Below, piece after piece: positions 44,113 to 53,559 of a stretch of 64,000 bases of DNA. The translations under genes and the position numbers were made by a program. The stretch covers positions 1 through 64,000 of the forward strand of contig CAVPSJ010000006.1 of the NCBI GenBank assembly GCA_963708295.1, given 5' to 3'. Position 1 is the first letter of the stretch, and each line of letters opens with the position of its first letter. This stretch comes from an uncultured delta proteobacterium. GTDB taxonomy: Bacteria; Desulfobacterota; BSN033; UBA1163. Under the pieces are notes generated by a model, which had not been told where the DNA came from, did not search any database, and saw only the letters and a program-made list of their open reading frames with translations.

Positions 44113-44637
44113 ATGAAGCGAACGTTTCTGACATGGTTTTTGATCTTTAGTTTCTGCATGGGAGGTGCGTTCTTTCTCTCCGGTTGTTCCAAAGAAGAAA
44201 AAGAACCCTTTTCAGCGTTGGCCCCCGATTTTTCCCTCAAGTCCTTTGACGGCCGAAACATCACCCTTTCCCAACTTAAAGGGAAGGTTGTCCTTCTCGA
44301 CTTCTGGGCAACCTGGTGCGGCCCCTGTAAAGAATCGATCCCCCATTTGATTCAACTGTATAAGGATTATCGAGAAAGCGGATTTGAGTTGGTGGGGATG
44401 AACATCGACAAAGGAGACGGGGAGACCGTTCGCCGCTTCGTCACGTCGATGGATATCCCCTACCCTATCGTCATCGCCCCCGAAGATGTCGTCAGGAACT
44501 ACCGGGTAACCGGGATCCCGGCTACTTTTCTCATCGATAAGGAAGGCAAGATTCGAGAAAGAGTGGTCGGGTTTAGCGGCGCCATCGCTCAACGGTTAGA
44601 CACCCGAGTGAAGGACCTCACCTCAGAAAAACCCTAA
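44113..44637 (+). CDS. TlpA-family disulfide reductase lipoprotein
   Basis: lipobox LSGC; [23 protein letters not shown]. Confidence 0.92.
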   Translation: MKRTFLTWFLIFSFCMGGAFFLSGCSKEEKEPFSALAPDFSLKSFDGRNITLSQLKGKVVLLDFWATWCGPCKESIPHLIQLYKDYRESGFELVGMNIDKGDGETVRRFVTSMDIPYPIVIAPEDVVRNYRVTGIPATFLIDKEGKIRERVVGFSGAIAQRLDTRVKDLTSEKP

Positions 44638-44654
44638 GCCCTGTCTTTCCCGGG

Positions 44655-44888
44655 GAAACTCGAAGCACGAAATCGCGCGAAATTCTAAACTCGAAACCCT
44701 AAACTCTAAACAACCTCAAATGTTCAAAACACAAAACTCCAGACCGTATGACATAGAAAAGGTTCGGTTCAATTGTTGAGAAATCAAAATTGCCCTTTGA
44801 GTTTTATATTTTGGATTTGTTTAGGATTTAGAGTTTAGTGTTTAGAGTTTAGCCAATTTCGGATTGCCATGTTTGAATTTCGGATTTA
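44655..44888. repeat. nested inverted heptamer-repeat element
   Basis: aaactcg aagcacg aaatcg outer and aaattct aaactcg aaaccct aaactct inner, with complementary tracts at the right end. Confidence 0.8.
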
Positions 44889-44903
44889 ACGAAAGGGATG
44901 GGA

Positions 44904-45503
44904 TTATTTCTTTCTGGATTCTTCCATAGAGCGGATGTATCCCTCAACGACCTTCTGAGGATCCAACCCAAGAGATTGGGCATAGCTTTTCAAGAAACCC
45001 TTGAGATAAACCGAAGGCGGTAGCGCCTCAAAGACTTCTTCTTCGATCCACTCCAATGTCTTCATGCTGATCTTCGTCTCCCTGGAGATGGCCTGGCGCT
45101 CAACGCCCATTCTTTCCCGGGCCTCCTTCAGGACCTTCCCCCGATAGGCCTCCCTCTCGGTATTAAACAAAAGACCTGAAAAGGCGAGCGAAGTCTTTTT
45201 CTCTTCAGCGACCTCCTGGGTTTCAGGAGGCGCTTCCGTCGGCGGCTCGGTCCCTCTCTGGAAGTGGGACTGGTCATAACTTTTCCTCAATTCCTCATCC
45301 ATGAGAATTCGACGGGCCTCTTCAACGGCCTCCTGGATTTCCTTCACCTCCGCTTCCGAAAAAAGGGAATAGATCGCCAAGGAATCGACGGCAAAGGTCT
45401 CCCTGGCCTGTTCGTAAGCCCTCTGGATCTCTTTGGGTGTCGCCGCACGGCTGACTTCTAAAACCTCATAATACGTCTGGTCTTTAATGCCCTTGAGGCT
45501 CAT
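44904..45503 (-). CDS. J-domain-like plus RodZ-type HTH protein
   Basis: YYEVLEV..AT.KEI..AY...R..YD; LKEARE...TKI...IEE...LP..VYLKGFLKSYA..LGLD. Confidence 0.82.
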   Translation of the reverse strand: MSLKGIKDQTYYEVLEVSRAATPKEIQRAYEQARETFAVDSLAIYSLFSEAEVKEIQEAVEEARRILMDEELRKSYDQSHFQRGTEPPTEAPPETQEVAEEKKTSLAFSGLLFNTEREAYRGKVLKEARERMGVERQAISRETKISMKTLEWIEEEVFEALPPSVYLKGFLKSYAQSLGLDPQKVVEGYIRSMEESRKK

Positions 45504-46443
45504 ATCCTTGAAATGGAGTCGACGCTTTATGACTATTGGCTAATTTGGAGGCAATTTCCATCACGCATTGAGAAGCCCTGGATCTGGGATTCTCCAGGAC
45601 CAGAGGTTGCCTTCGCCGGATGGAATGGCTCACGTCCTGGTCGTAGACGACATAGCCCAAATAATGGAGGTGGATACCAAAATATTTCTGACAGGCACTT
45701 CGAATCGAAAACCCGATTTCAATATCTTTCTTCGACCGGACTTGATTCAGAATCAGATTCGGGTGGAAGGTTTCGATTTCCTCGGCCATCTTTTGGCCGT
45801 CCCCTTCATCCATTCCTCTTGCCGCACGGATGAGGTCATAAGGGTTCTGAATCCCCATCTCATTCTTCCGATCCATGGCGCCATCGATCAGAGCCTTTAC
45901 AGACGAAGAAGAAACCGAGTGTCTCAGCCTCCGATAAAAGGCGCTCTTGAGAAACCGATAAGCATTTTCGATGGAAGTGGGCTCGGGAGTCACCACCAAA
46001 ATCCCTCCGTCCGATATCAAAAAGAAATCCAGGACACTCAACGAATTGCCCGCTCCTAAGTCCACTAGAGCGGTGTCGCTGTTCAGGCTTTGTATGGAGC
46101 GAATCAGTTTTCGCTTCTGAACGCTCTTCGCATCCGCCGCATTCAACAGGTCTTGTGCGCCTGTCAGGAGCTGGAGGCTGGGAACGGCTGTGGGAATAAG
46201 CACCTCCTCAAGATGAGAGACCCTCTTCTTAATGAAATCAGAAAGGGAAAGCGCGGGGGGAGAAATCCCAAGGAACGTATGGAGATTCGCTCCCCCTAAG
46301 TCCGCGTCGACGAGGACCACCCGGATACCCAGTTTGGAAAGACAGACTCCGACGTTCGTCGTGATGAAACTCTTTCCGCTTCCTCCCTTGCCACCTCCGA
46401 TGGTCCAGATCATTTTACGGCGGCTCGCCCGGTCCTGCCCCAC
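45484..46443 (-). CDS. MinD/FlhG-like ATPase
   Basis: deviant Walker A GGKGGSGKS, DADLGGANLH, DLGAG, TPEPTSIENAY. Confidence 0.88.
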   Translation of the reverse strand: MGQDRASRRKMIWTIGGGKGGSGKSFITTNVGVCLSKLGIRVVLVDADLGGANLHTFLGISPPALSLSDFIKKRVSHLEEVLIPTAVPSLQLLTGAQDLLNAADAKSVQKRKLIRSIQSLNSDTALVDLGAGNSLSVLDFFLISDGGILVVTPEPTSIENAYRFLKSAFYRRLRHSVSSSSVKALIDGAMDRKNEMGIQNPYDLIRAARGMDEGDGQKMAEEIETFHPNLILNQVRSKKDIEIGFSIRSACQKYFGIHLHYLGYVVYDQDVSHSIRRRQPLVLENPRSRASQCVMEIASKLANSHKASTPFQGYEPQGH

Positions 46444-46500
46444 TCTGTTCCTTTCTGTTGAAAAAATGAAAAATTCAAAACTAAAATGAAAAAGAAGAAT

Positions 46501-47514
46501 TTAGCTCCAAATCCCGTCAATTTGACCATGGCAATGACGGCACGCTCCACCCACCACATCGTTTTTCCCCACTCGAAACCCTTCCCGTTCAATCAATCTC
46601 CGGCCGCAGTGAGGGCAGAACGTATCCTCGCCTTCCTCGCCGGGAATGTTTCCACAATAGACATACCGGAGCCCCTCCCTGATCCCAATCTCTCTGGCCC
46701 GATGAAGCGTCGCGGCAGGGGTTCTCGGAAGGTCGAGCATTTTATACGTCGGATAGAAGGCCGAGATGTGCCAGGGCACCTCCGGCCCCAGGGAGAGGAT
46801 GAATCGGGCGATCTCGTGAAACTCCTGATCGGAGTCGTTCAGTGTCGGGATGACAAGGGTGGTGATCTCCACCCAGATCCCCATCCGTCTCATCCGTTTC
46901 AGGTTCTCCAGAATCGGCTCCAATCTTGCCCCGCAGACTTCCTTATAAAATTTCTCTCTGAAACTCTTCAGATCCACATTGGCTGCGTCTAAAAAGGGCC
47001 GGATCGTCTCGAGGGCTTCCTCCGTCATGTAGCCGTTGGTGACAAAGATATTTTTCATCCCTTCCTGACGGGCCTCGCGAGCGATATCGTAAGCATACTC
47101 GAAGTAGATGGTGGGTTCGGTGTAGGTGTAGGAGATCGTTTGGCATCGGGATTGTTTGGCTAACGAAACAACTTTGGAAGGAGAGACCTCCGAACCTTCA
47201 ATCCGACCCTTCGGATCCCTCGGCAACTGGGAGATCTCGTGATTTTGACACTGGAGACAGCGGAAATTGCAGCCCACAGCCGCGATGGAGAACGACGTCG
47301 ACCCCGGAAAGAGATGAAAGAGCGGTTTCTTTTCAACCGGGTCCACGTTGAGAGAAATCGCACGGCCGTAGACGAGGGTGTAGAGCTTTCCTTCCCGGTT
47401 CTCCCGCACTCCACAGACTCCCCGCTTTGCGGGTGAAATAACGCATCGGTGGTTGCAGAGATGGCATTGCACTTTTCCGTCCTCTAGGGGGCTATAAAGC
47501 ATGGCTTCTTTCAT
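46501..47514 (-). CDS. amrS: AmmeMemoRadiSam system radical SAM enzyme
   Basis: CHLCNHRC, DPVEKKPLFH, GCNFRCLQCQN.EISQ, YTYTEP, YVYCGN. Confidence 0.92.
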   Translation of the reverse strand: MKEAMLYSPLEDGKVQCHLCNHRCVISPAKRGVCGVRENREGKLYTLVYGRAISLNVDPVEKKPLFHLFPGSTSFSIAAVGCNFRCLQCQNHEISQLPRDPKGRIEGSEVSPSKVVSLAKQSRCQTISYTYTEPTIYFEYAYDIAREARQEGMKNIFVTNGYMTEEALETIRPFLDAANVDLKSFREKFYKEVCGARLEPILENLKRMRRMGIWVEITTLVIPTLNDSDQEFHEIARFILSLGPEVPWHISAFYPTYKMLDLPRTPAATLHRAREIGIREGLRYVYCGNIPGEEGEDTFCPHCGRRLIEREGFRVGKNDVVGGACRHCHGQIDGIWS

Positions 47515-47569
47515 ATCCTCTTCCCTATCCCCGGACGGGGCACATCCTGACGAATCTACCGGCGGTATT

Positions 47570-47780
47570 GAGAGATCGAAACGGGAAAGTTGTTCGAGAA
47601 CATATCGCCGCACGGCCCGTGGCTTGGGGAGGTCAATCCTCCGGGAACCGTTTGGCAAAACATTCGGCTTTCACCCACCCATCCATCCTTTTGGCCTTGA
47701 GGACTTGCACCGTCCTTGTGAAATAGACATCGGTACGTCTCCCGGACTTAATGTCCTCGGGGTCCGCGATGGAACATCTG
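47570..47780 (-). pseudogene. nicotinate phosphoribosyltransferase relic with large internal deletion
   Basis: N-terminus IADPEDIKSGRRTDVYF.RT joined directly to C-terminus DLPKPRAVRRYVLEQL. Confidence 0.65.
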
Positions 47781-47927
47781 TTTTTCCCAGAAATGAAATC
47801 ACAATTTCTTTCCATATAACAGAAATTTGCCGAACCTGTCTATAAAAATATTCAGAGAATGGCTCTTGGGAAACCGAAAGGATAATTCGGTGAGAAGTTA
47901 TAAATCTTGCCGGTGTTTATACTGTGT

Positions 47928-48827
47928 TTATAATTGTTCGATCACATATCCTTTCCCTTTGAGGATCTGAATGATCCCTCGGTCGCCCACCAGATGACCT
48001 GCCCCGACAATGACAAAGGAGGTCGCTTCCGTTCGAATGAAATCTTCGATCTTGGAAGCCATCTTCGTGTTTCTTTCGTAAACGATTTTTTCAAAAATGG
48101 GTGATAGTCTCTTGTCTTCCGAAACGCTTCTCGTCAGGATGGACTCCATGCTTCTTGTATCTCCCGATGTCCATGCCCTGGTCAACTGCTCCAACTCCTG
48201 CTCAAGGATTCTTAAGTCTTTTAACGTATACGACAGAAGCAACTCCTGGTCTTTATCCGAAAAGCCGGAGAGGAGGTCGAGCTGATAATCAAGACTCTCC
48301 AGTTCTGATATCTTCTTCCGACCTTCAGCCTTCGAGAGAAAATACTTATCTATCCCCAGCTCGGGGTCAAGCCCCAATTTCAGGCTCTCCAATGCCACGA
48401 GCGTCATCGCCAGAAACCAGGGTTTCTGTTTGACAAGAAGCTCGGCAGGAATACCCAGCCCTCCCGTTTCTTTCAGGAGCCGTTCATAGATTTCGGGGGA
48501 AACATGCTTTTCCAGCGTATCGTTCTCCGGATAGAAGGCACGGGCTGCGAATTTTTGGATATCCAGTTTCTTCATATCATTCACATCCGCCTCTACGACT
48601 AAAATCTCCGATTCACCAAAGGCTTTTTCGATTTTCTCACTCAGCGGGTAGATCTCTTTTTTGGAATAATGAAGCGAACCCAGGACATACACCGTGTTCG
48701 TTTTTGATTGAATTCTCCATAAAAAGCTTTTCTGGGGCGCAGAAAGAGTTTCTTGAGCGAGCACGGACGGTCCAAGGAGAGCAAGGATAAATCCTATGGG
48801 CAATAATTTTGATTTCCTATTTTTCAT
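47928..48827 (-). CDS. TraB/GumN family protein
   Basis: signal peptide; LWRI...YVLGSLH, LES...Q, ERN..M, VGAGHL. Confidence 0.9.
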   Translation of the reverse strand: MKNRKSKLLPIGFILALLGPSVLAQETLSAPQKSFLWRIQSKTNTVYVLGSLHYSKKEIYPLSEKIEKAFGESEILVVEADVNDMKKLDIQKFAARAFYPENDTLEKHVSPEIYERLLKETGGLGIPAELLVKQKPWFLAMTLVALESLKLGLDPELGIDKYFLSKAEGRKKISELESLDYQLDLLSGFSDKDQELLLSYTLKDLRILEQELEQLTRAWTSGDTRSMESILTRSVSEDKRLSPIFEKIVYERNTKMASKIEDFIRTEATSFVIVGAGHLVGDRGIIQILKGKGYVIEQL

Positions 48828-48956
48828 TGTTAAACCTCTCTTTCGTTCAGACAGGCGCCAATCCCATCCATCCGTTTTGGCATCGCCTCTCATGATTCGC
48901 TCATCCCCACTGATCAATTTTAGTCCAACTCTCCAACAATTACAATGCGGGTGCTT

Positions 48957-48972
48957 TGGCACTTAAATTGCT
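48957..48972 (+). promoter_or_regulatory. sigma54 promoter
   Basis: TGGCAC-TTAAA-TTGCT, full -24/-12 consensus. Confidence 0.75.
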
Positions 48973-49085
48973 CTTTCACTCTCTTAGCTTTCGGTCTCTT
49001 CCAAGAAAAAAAGGGTCGTGCCAAATTAGGTTTGTTTTTCCGCTGTTTCATCTCCAATGCTCAAAAGGGCCGGGGGAAAGGGTTT

Positions 49086-49670
49086 ATGAAAAAGGTTTCA
49101 ATTTTGTTAACCCTGTTCATTTTTGCGAGTATCAACCACGCGCTGTGTGATCCAGTCAAATCAATAAAGGGCGATGAAGCTCAAGTCACGGCGAGGGAAA
49201 TGGGAAAAAATGGGGTGGTCATGCAGAAAAAAGCCGCACCTGCAAAAAAACCTACCGGGTGGATAAAAAAGAATCAGACCGCACGCAGCGACATAAACTT
49301 CCTAAGAACCCTTGAGGAAAAGGAGAGGTCCCCGTGGGTAGAATCGCCGGATAAAGTAATTTCCTTCCGTGATTTTTCGGAGAATGTCTGGAAAAATCAA
49401 TTCTCCAGCTCCCCCCAAATGAAGGAAATCAAGTCTTCAGGCTCCAATTCCAGAAGATTCGTTTTGACGTCCAATCGATACGGAAATGGTTCATTCGAAG
49501 AAGGAAATATTCTGACCACCTTAAGACTTCTGCACTCGAAGGAACACACGTTCAAAGAAATATTTATGGGATTCCGTTTTTCATTGGATCTGACGAGTCG
49601 GCGTCTGTTCCTACAGATGAATGTCGCCCCTTCGACTGAGACAACGTCTGGTTTCATGATCCGGTTTTGA
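49086..49670 (+). CDS. exported hypothetical protein
   Basis: MKK-hydrophobic signal peptide; terminal Phe. Confidence 0.65.
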   Translation: MKKVSILLTLFIFASINHALCDPVKSIKGDEAQVTAREMGKNGVVMQKKAAPAKKPTGWIKKNQTARSDINFLRTLEEKERSPWVESPDKVISFRDFSENVWKNQFSSSPQMKEIKSSGSNSRRFVLTSNRYGNGSFEEGNILTTLRLLHSKEHTFKEIFMGFRFSLDLTSRRLFLQMNVAPSTETTSGFMIRF

Positions 49671-49762
49671 CCGGACACGCCCCCCCGCGCCCTGCCGGAG
49701 ATCCTTGACTGCGACGGCGCAGGACAAGAGGGGGGCTCAAAGAAAGGAACAAGGGTTTCTTC

Positions 49763-50317
49763 ATGGATAAAGAATGTGTCAATATTCTCGTCTTCGGTCA
49801 CACCCCCTTCGGCATCAGGCGCTTGAGGATAAAAAAAGAAACTCTTCGAATGGCTGCTTATCTCCTCGTCTTTTTTCAATTCGCTATTACATTCTTCTTC
49901 TGCGACTACGTGCAGGTCAGAAAGAAGACCTTTCTCCTGAGTCGATTGCGGCAGGAGTCGCAGATTCAGAAGTCCCACATTAACCTCTTTTCAACGAGGA
50001 TCGACGAACTGGAGAAAAAGCTCTCCCGGTTGAAGGAGATTGACCAGAAGATCCGCGTCATCGCCAATCTGGAAAGAGGTCAGGAGGCCCTCCCTTTCAT
50101 CGGCATGGGGGGGTCGTCGTTTTCTGTGACCCGGGCAAAATCGGTGACTCGTGTAAAACCAGCAGAAGAACCCAGAGTGGGAAAATCCAAAGTAGAGGAA
50201 CCCAGGATAGAAGAACCGAAGGAACAAGAACCCAAAGAAAATGCTTCTGCCAAAAAGGGGGATGAAGTCCTCTCCCCAGATAGCTTTCCCTTGGAGACTA
50301 CCCTAGAGTCGCAATGA
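49763..50317 (+). CDS. TM/coiled-coil protein resembling the N-terminus of M23 peptidases, without catalytic domain
   Basis: IRRLRI-TM-coiled coil-KIRVIANL-GMGG then low-complexity EEP tail. Confidence 0.6.
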   Translation: MDKECVNILVFGHTPFGIRRLRIKKETLRMAAYLLVFFQFAITFFFCDYVQVRKKTFLLSRLRQESQIQKSHINLFSTRIDELEKKLSRLKEIDQKIRVIANLERGQEALPFIGMGGSSFSVTRAKSVTRVKPAEEPRVGKSKVEEPRIEEPKEQEPKENASAKKGDEVLSPDSFPLETTLESQ

Positions 50318-51785
50318 CATGGTCTATGGTCTTCTTGTCAAGGGATACCTCTCTGTAGATGCTCTTCACTTCCTCCCTGTCCAGTCGTTCGAAATCCTTT
50401 TCCACGGGGGTGATCAAAAGGCCTCCCATATCGATGACCCCGGGGCTGACCACCACCCGATCCTTCCCCTCTCTGAAAAAGGCCTCCGGACGGTGCTTTC
50501 GGCGCGGGAAGATCAGGACGCGCCATTTTCCCTCTTTTTGAAAACCGGCAATATTCACCATAGGTTCCTCGTCGACGACAAGGACCTTCTTGAGACTGTC
50601 CAAGAACTCCTTTAAAACAACCTCGACGGCCAGCGGGTCGTCCCCTTCCAGCAGGATGACTTCCCTTCCCAGATCTCTTAAGCGATAGAGCAAAACACCA
50701 CCCTCGCGTTGCCTAAGAGGAACGCGGTTCTCGCGGCGCATTTCTTTCTCGATGGGCATCTGTCCCGTCGGGCTCGCATGAAAATGAAGGTGGTCCGGTG
50801 CGGAAGCGCCACACTTTGGCCCGTTGTAGAGAATCGTCCAGCCGGGGCTAAAATCGGCGATAAGCCGGAGGAGGAAATCGATTTGCCCGGCGATGGCCTG
50901 GAGACGATGGTCTACATGAGAGACGATGAAGTGAGAGGGGAAAATGGGCATCGGGTTGCAGAGGATCAGATATTCGCTTCGGTAGAAGATCCCTCTCTGG
51001 CCTGAGGGCAGGCGATCCAGGCAGAGAAAACATCGTCGTTCGTGGGTTTGTGTTCCGCCTACGGCGGCGAGACTACTCTTGATTCTCCCGGGATTGTACT
51101 GGAGGCGGATAGAAAACTTGCCACAGAATAAATCCCGTTCTCTAACGTTCTTAAGGGATTCGTAGCCCAGGCGGAGGCCCTGCCAGCTCTTTTTCTGGTC
51201 CGAAAGGAGTTCGAGACAGAGCCCCGGTAGACTCTTTCCTCCTTGATCAAACGTGGCGTAAATCTTCTGCGGAAGCAGTGTGCTCCCTTTTATTTTCTTG
51301 TAGCCGATGAGATGACTCACCGTCGTTTTCCCCATCGTGAAAGGTTCTTCCCGGACAAATTGAAACCCCATTTTTCTATAAACATCGAGGGCCCGTCTGT
51401 TTTCGACCATCACCCCGATCCACAATTCATCGAGGCTTTTTTCGGAGGCATAGCCTTCCGCGGCTTCAATGAGCTGGCTGCCCATCCCCTGCCCCTCACA
51501 CTCCGGGAGAAGATACAAAGAGGAGACGTAGAGACGATTCTCCTCTCGGCTGAAAAAGAGTCGTGCATACCCGGCAACCTGACCGTCCGTCGCCGCAACG
51601 AAACCCTGCATGGATGGGTCATCGAACAGGTTGAGGAGGGATTCCTCTGAGTAGTGAATCTCAAAGTAGGACTTGAGGTCCCTTTCGGGAATGAAGCTCA
51701 GGTACGTGGAAACCCAGGACTCCCAGGTGATTCTGCGAATGGATCCGAGATCGCTCTTTTGCCAGGGCCGGACGACGATTCCCAT
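50298..51785 (-). CDS. GNAT acetyltransferase fused to DUF4922 (HIT-like) domain
   Basis: LYLLPECEGQGMG...N.RA..VY.KMGF; QYNPGRI.S, CFLC, NP.PIF, YNGPKCGASAPDHLHFH. Confidence 0.85.
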   Translation of the reverse strand: MGIVVRPWQKSDLGSIRRITWESWVSTYLSFIPERDLKSYFEIHYSEESLLNLFDDPSMQGFVAATDGQVAGYARLFFSREENRLYVSSLYLLPECEGQGMGSQLIEAAEGYASEKSLDELWIGVMVENRRALDVYRKMGFQFVREEPFTMGKTTVSHLIGYKKIKGSTLLPQKIYATFDQGGKSLPGLCLELLSDQKKSWQGLRLGYESLKNVRERDLFCGKFSIRLQYNPGRIKSSLAAVGGTQTHERRCFLCLDRLPSGQRGIFYRSEYLILCNPMPIFPSHFIVSHVDHRLQAIAGQIDFLLRLIADFSPGWTILYNGPKCGASAPDHLHFHASPTGQMPIEKEMRRENRVPLRQREGGVLLYRLRDLGREVILLEGDDPLAVEVVLKEFLDSLKKVLVVDEEPMVNIAGFQKEGKWRVLIFPRRKHRPEAFFREGKDRVVVSPGVIDMGGLLITPVEKDFERLDREEVKSIYREVSLDKKTIDHVIATLG

Positions 51786-51794
51786 TGCCGTGAT

Positions 51795-53282
51795 TCATCC
51801 TCCCTGATTCATTTTCTGCCGGGCGAGAATCTCCTCGGTACGAATCTTGTCCTTAAAAGCATTGTTTCGGTTGGCCTCTCCAACGCTGAGCGCCGAGTCG
51901 GTGTTACCCGACCAGCGCCTGCAGAGGTAGAGGCTTTCATAGATCCGCCCGATCCGGTATTCCCGCGAGATCCGGAGCGCTGCCGCATAATCCTCGCCGT
52001 AGCTTACATTGAGAAATCCGATGCTGCGCATCAAGCTCGTGTTGAAAGCCCGCGGTGCGCCCAGCCCATTGATACGCAGCGCATTGTTGTGACCATTCTC
52101 ATCGGTCCATTCTTGGTGGTCGATGAGCCCCGGCGGGATCTCCTGCAGCCCGGAATCGACGAGGGTGTAGGAGCCGATCACCATGGCATAGTTGCTCTGA
52201 CGTAACATGTTGACCATCTTCTGCAAGGTGTATTTATTGCTGTAAAGATCGTCCGAGTCGAGCTGTACCGCATAGCGGCCGCAGACTTGATTTTGAATCG
52301 CTTCATTCCAGCAGCCGCCGATTCCAAGGTCGTTTCTTTCAGGGATGATGTGCTTCAGGCAGGAATGTTGCCTTCCCAGTTCGGAGAGAATAGCCGTTGT
52401 TCCGTCTGCCGAGTGATTGTCCACGACGATGACGTTGAACGGAAAATCTGTTTCCTGAGACAGGGCGCTTCTCACGGCCTCGGCAATCGTTTCTTTTCGG
52501 TTCAGCACGGGAATGATGACAGAGGCTTCCACGGAGAAGGAGTCCGGTGTTTGCTCGGCCTCCCTCAAGCGATCGGGCGGCAGATGGGCCCCAATCTTCT
52601 TCAAATAGTCGGTGAAGACGACTTCCATCTCGCTTTGAGCGGCTTCATTCCGGGGATCCACGTAAGCAAATATCTTTTCTTGTAGGGGCAATTCATGGAT
52701 TGCCCCTACGTTTCTGATCACGGAATAGAGGGCTTCCCGCAGGTGATAGATAGGGTGGTCTATGGAAACCTTCAACCGAAGGTCGTAGAGACCGGCAAAT
52801 CTCACTCCCGAGACAACGCCGTATTTTCTCATGCCTTCCCGAACGGCCGCGGCCCGGAAGAGCATCATGGCGCCGAAGTCAAAATCATCACGGACGCTGC
52901 CTAACTGATAATCACAGAGTGGATGAAGGGTCTTCCCCTGTGGGCCTTCATCATAATAATCCGAATAGACCACGCCTGCCTGTGACGCGTCCGCTTTCTC
53001 CAGAAGTCTCTCCAGGGTCCCGGGCCCGATCGAAATTTGTTGAGGCCCCGGCAGGAAAAGAAGATACTTTGTTTGGGTTTCGGCCACAATCTGACTGAGT
53101 GTCTCGTGCGCGTGAAGGGGGCGGCCAACAAAAATACGGCACTTAGAGATTTCCAAACGAAGCGGCTCCTGACGGATAATCAGGATACGCTCAACGAGGT
53201 CCGACTGCGTGAGAGAAAGCAGGACCTTTTCGAAGTATGGTTCCGGGATATGGGGAATGACCACAGCAATAGGCTTCATCAT
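51795..53282 (-). CDS. glycosyltransferase family 2 (DUF4922-associated type)
   Basis: DYQLGSVRDDFDFG, SVIIPV, VDNHS.DGT, QLDSDDLY, YGEDY. Confidence 0.9.
   Translation of the reverse strand: MMKPIAVVIPHIPEPYFEKVLLSLTQSDLVERILIIRQEPLRLEISKCRIFVGRPLHAHETLSQIVAETQTKYLLFLPGPQQISIGPGTLERLLEKADASQAGVVYSDYYDEGPQGKTLHPLCDYQLGSVRDDFDFGAMMLFRAAAVREGMRKYGVVSGVRFAGLYDLRLKVSIDHPIYHLREALYSVIRNVGAIHELPLQEKIFAYVDPRNEAAQSEMEVVFTDYLKKIGAHLPPDRLREAEQTPDSFSVEASVIIPVLNRKETIAEAVRSALSQETDFPFNVIVVDNHSADGTTAILSELGRQHSCLKHIIPERNDLGIGGCWNEAIQNQVCGRYAVQLDSDDLYSNKYTLQKMVNMLRQSNYAMVIGSYTLVDSGLQEIPPGLIDHQEWTDENGHNNALRINGLGAPRAFNTSLMRSIGFLNVSYGEDYAAALRISREYRIGRIYESLYLCRRWSGNTDSALSVGEANRNNAFKDKIRTEEILARQKMNQGG
52682..52709. 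repeat. GTAG-type REP palindrome inside the GT2 coding sequence
   Basis: GTAGGGGCAATTCATGGATTGCCCCTAC. Confidence 0.8.
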
Positions 53283-53559
53283 AAAGGCCCGCAAGGTCGC
53301 GAACTGGCAATGATGCTTTGCATTGTACAATATGCTTACCCTTTTTGGAAATGCGATTTCACCTGACCCCCTCAACGCGGGCCTTATGAAGCCGCGAAGG
53401 GATTTGCCTTGGTGGCAGACAAGTGAAAACGGGTGGCGGGCAAGGGGCTTCGTTCGATTGACAAAGACTCATGAGATGTGCTTTAGTTTTGATATCAGGA
53501 TATGGCAGATAGGGAAGTCCCACCAGACTTACCAGAGTCATGACAAAGGAAGGAAACCA

